Shown in pieces: positions 62,720-64,000 of a stretch of 64,000 nt of DNA. Position numbers and translations under genes: made by a program. Numbering within the stretch: position 1 is the stretch's first letter; the number at the start of each line of letters is the position of its first letter. Origin of the DNA: an uncultured delta proteobacterium (lineage in GTDB: Bacteria > Myxococcota_A > Polyangia > Polyangiales > Polyangiaceae); contig CAWDXG010000004.1 of the NCBI GenBank assembly GCA_963806225.1, positions 4,128,001 through 4,192,000 of the forward strand, in the 5' to 3' direction. A model generated the notes under the pieces. The model made no database searches. It had not been told where the DNA came from and was given only the letters and a program-made list of their open reading frames with translations.

Positions 62720-63015
62720 GGGAGCCGAGCCCACCCCGGAAGAGCCCCAATCCACCCCCTGCGAAGGCCCCGGATCGGGGCCCCCTGGAAGACCCCCACG
62801 AAGGGACGAAAACCCTTGTTTTGATGCCGCTTCCGGCTTGCCGCAGGCCTCGGGAATGGCTATACCAAACGGGTCTGTTCACGGACCATTCCGCCAGTCG
62901 ATCCGTCGCGTCGAAGGCGGGCCGGGAAGCCCCGGGGACCCAACGTTTCGACGCCTCTTCCGCAGTGCTCCTTCGCGCAGGCGAAGCCACCGCGGGCTAG
63001 ATCCAGGAAGCCAAT

Positions 63016-64000
63016 TTGACCACAGACGCAGCTCCCGTTTCGACCGACGAGTACGGCTCGAGCAACATCACGATTCTCGAAGGGCTCGAGGCTGTCCGCA
63101 AGCGCCCCGGCATGTACATCGGCGACGTGCACGACGGCTCGGCGCTGCATCACCTCGTGTGGGAAGCCGTGGACAACGCCGTCGACGAGCACCTTGCCGG
63201 CTTCTGCACCGCCATCAGCATCACCGTGCATTTCGACGGCTCGATCACGGTGGAAGACAATGGCCGCGGCATTCCTGTCGGCATGCACGACAAGGGCGTG
63301 AGCGCCGCCGAGGTCGTGATGACCGTGCTCCACGCCGGCGGCAAGTTCGATCACTCGAGCTACAAGGTGAGCGCCGGGCTTCACGGCGTCGGAGTCAGTG
63401 CCGTCAACGCCGTGTGCGAGTGGCTGAGGCTCGAGATCAAGCGCGAGGGCAAGGTCTGGTTCCAGGAGTACACGCGCGGCGTGCCCAACACGCCGATCAA
63501 GCCGATTGGCGAGAGCAGCGATACCGGCACGAAGATCACCTTCAAGCCCGATCACGAGATCTTCACGTCCACCGACTACAGCTTCGACATCCTGGCCAAT
63601 CGCCTGCGCGAGCTCGCGTTCCTCAATTCCGGGCTCATCATCAATCTCGAGGACGAACGCGGCGAAGGGACGAAGGAAACCTACGAGTACAAGGGTGGCA
63701 TCCAGGAGTTCGTCGGTCTGCTGAGCGAGAAGAAGGAGCCGGTCCACGAGGACGTCATCGCGTTTACGACCACGGCTCCCGCCGAAGGCAAGCAGGCCGG
63801 CATCGAGGTCGACCTCGCGATCCGCTGGTCGAACAGCTACGCCGAGCAGATCCTCTGCTACACGAACAACGTCCACAACAGGGACGGTGGGACGCACCTG
63901 ACCGGGCTGCGCTCGGCGCTTACGCGCACGCTCAACAACTACGGGCAGTCCGCCAACCTCTTCAAGGACGTGAAGAACGGGCTTACCGGTGACGACACGC
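63016..64000 (+). CDS. gyrB: DNA gyrase subunit B (3'-partial)
   Basis: My translation from TTG 63016: EYGSSNITILEGLEAVRKRPGMYIG, EAVDNAVDE, DNGRGIP, LHAGGKF, GLHGVGVSAVNA and DGGTH; open to the window end and not in the ORF track. Confidence 0.96.
   Translation, partial: MTTDAAPVSTDEYGSSNITILEGLEAVRKRPGMYIGDVHDGSALHHLVWEAVDNAVDEHLAGFCTAISITVHFDGSITVEDNGRGIPVGMHDKGVSAAEVVMTVLHAGGKFDHSSYKVSAGLHGVGVSAVNAVCEWLRLEIKREGKVWFQEYTRGVPNTPIKPIGESSDTGTKITFKPDHEIFTSTDYSFDILANRLRELAFLNSGLIINLEDERGEGTKETYEYKGGIQEFVGLLSEKKEPVHEDVIAFTTTAPAEGKQAGIEVDLAIRWSNSYAEQILCYTNNVHNRDGGTHLTGLRSALTRTLNNYGQSANLFKDVKNGLTGDDT

Noticed and set aside
62720..63015. Structured RNA or riboswitch in the recF-gyrB gap
   Set aside because: Only short GC-rich hairpins (e.g. 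GGCCCCG-GAT-CGGGGCC); no recognisable family motif

Overview
A high-GC window of core chromosome. Gene content (eukaryote-like Ser/Thr kinase, Cys-rich lipoproteins, REC-DUF4388 regulator, Che cluster) suggests a Myxococcota/Polyangiales-like bacterium; this is inference. It carries housekeeping genes (serS, rnr, add, dnaJ-like, rpoZ, aspS, rimI, pyrK/pyrD, cysS, pccB, pyrH, ccmF, dnaN-recF-gyrB), tRNA-Ser(TGA), the 4.5S SRP RNA, transporters and many lipoproteins. I saw no mobile elements, prophage or CRISPR array. Most notable: (1) a selenoprotein missed by the ORF track, a DsbA/FrnE oxidoreductase with an in-frame UGA in a U-P-W-C active site followed by a SECIS-like hairpin; (2) a likely oriC upstream of dnaN with no dnaA beside it, containing a DnaA-box/GGCCC/DnaA-trio/AT-rich module; (3) a minimal chemosensory operon with a two-Hpt CheA and an MshEN-like receiver; (4) an NSS transporter with a ~110-aa extra domain plus an unannotated 31-aa partner; (5) degenerate FolE and M29 peptidase homologues. 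Five single-base +1 frameshifts, including in serS and dnaN, are most likely sequencing or assembly errors.
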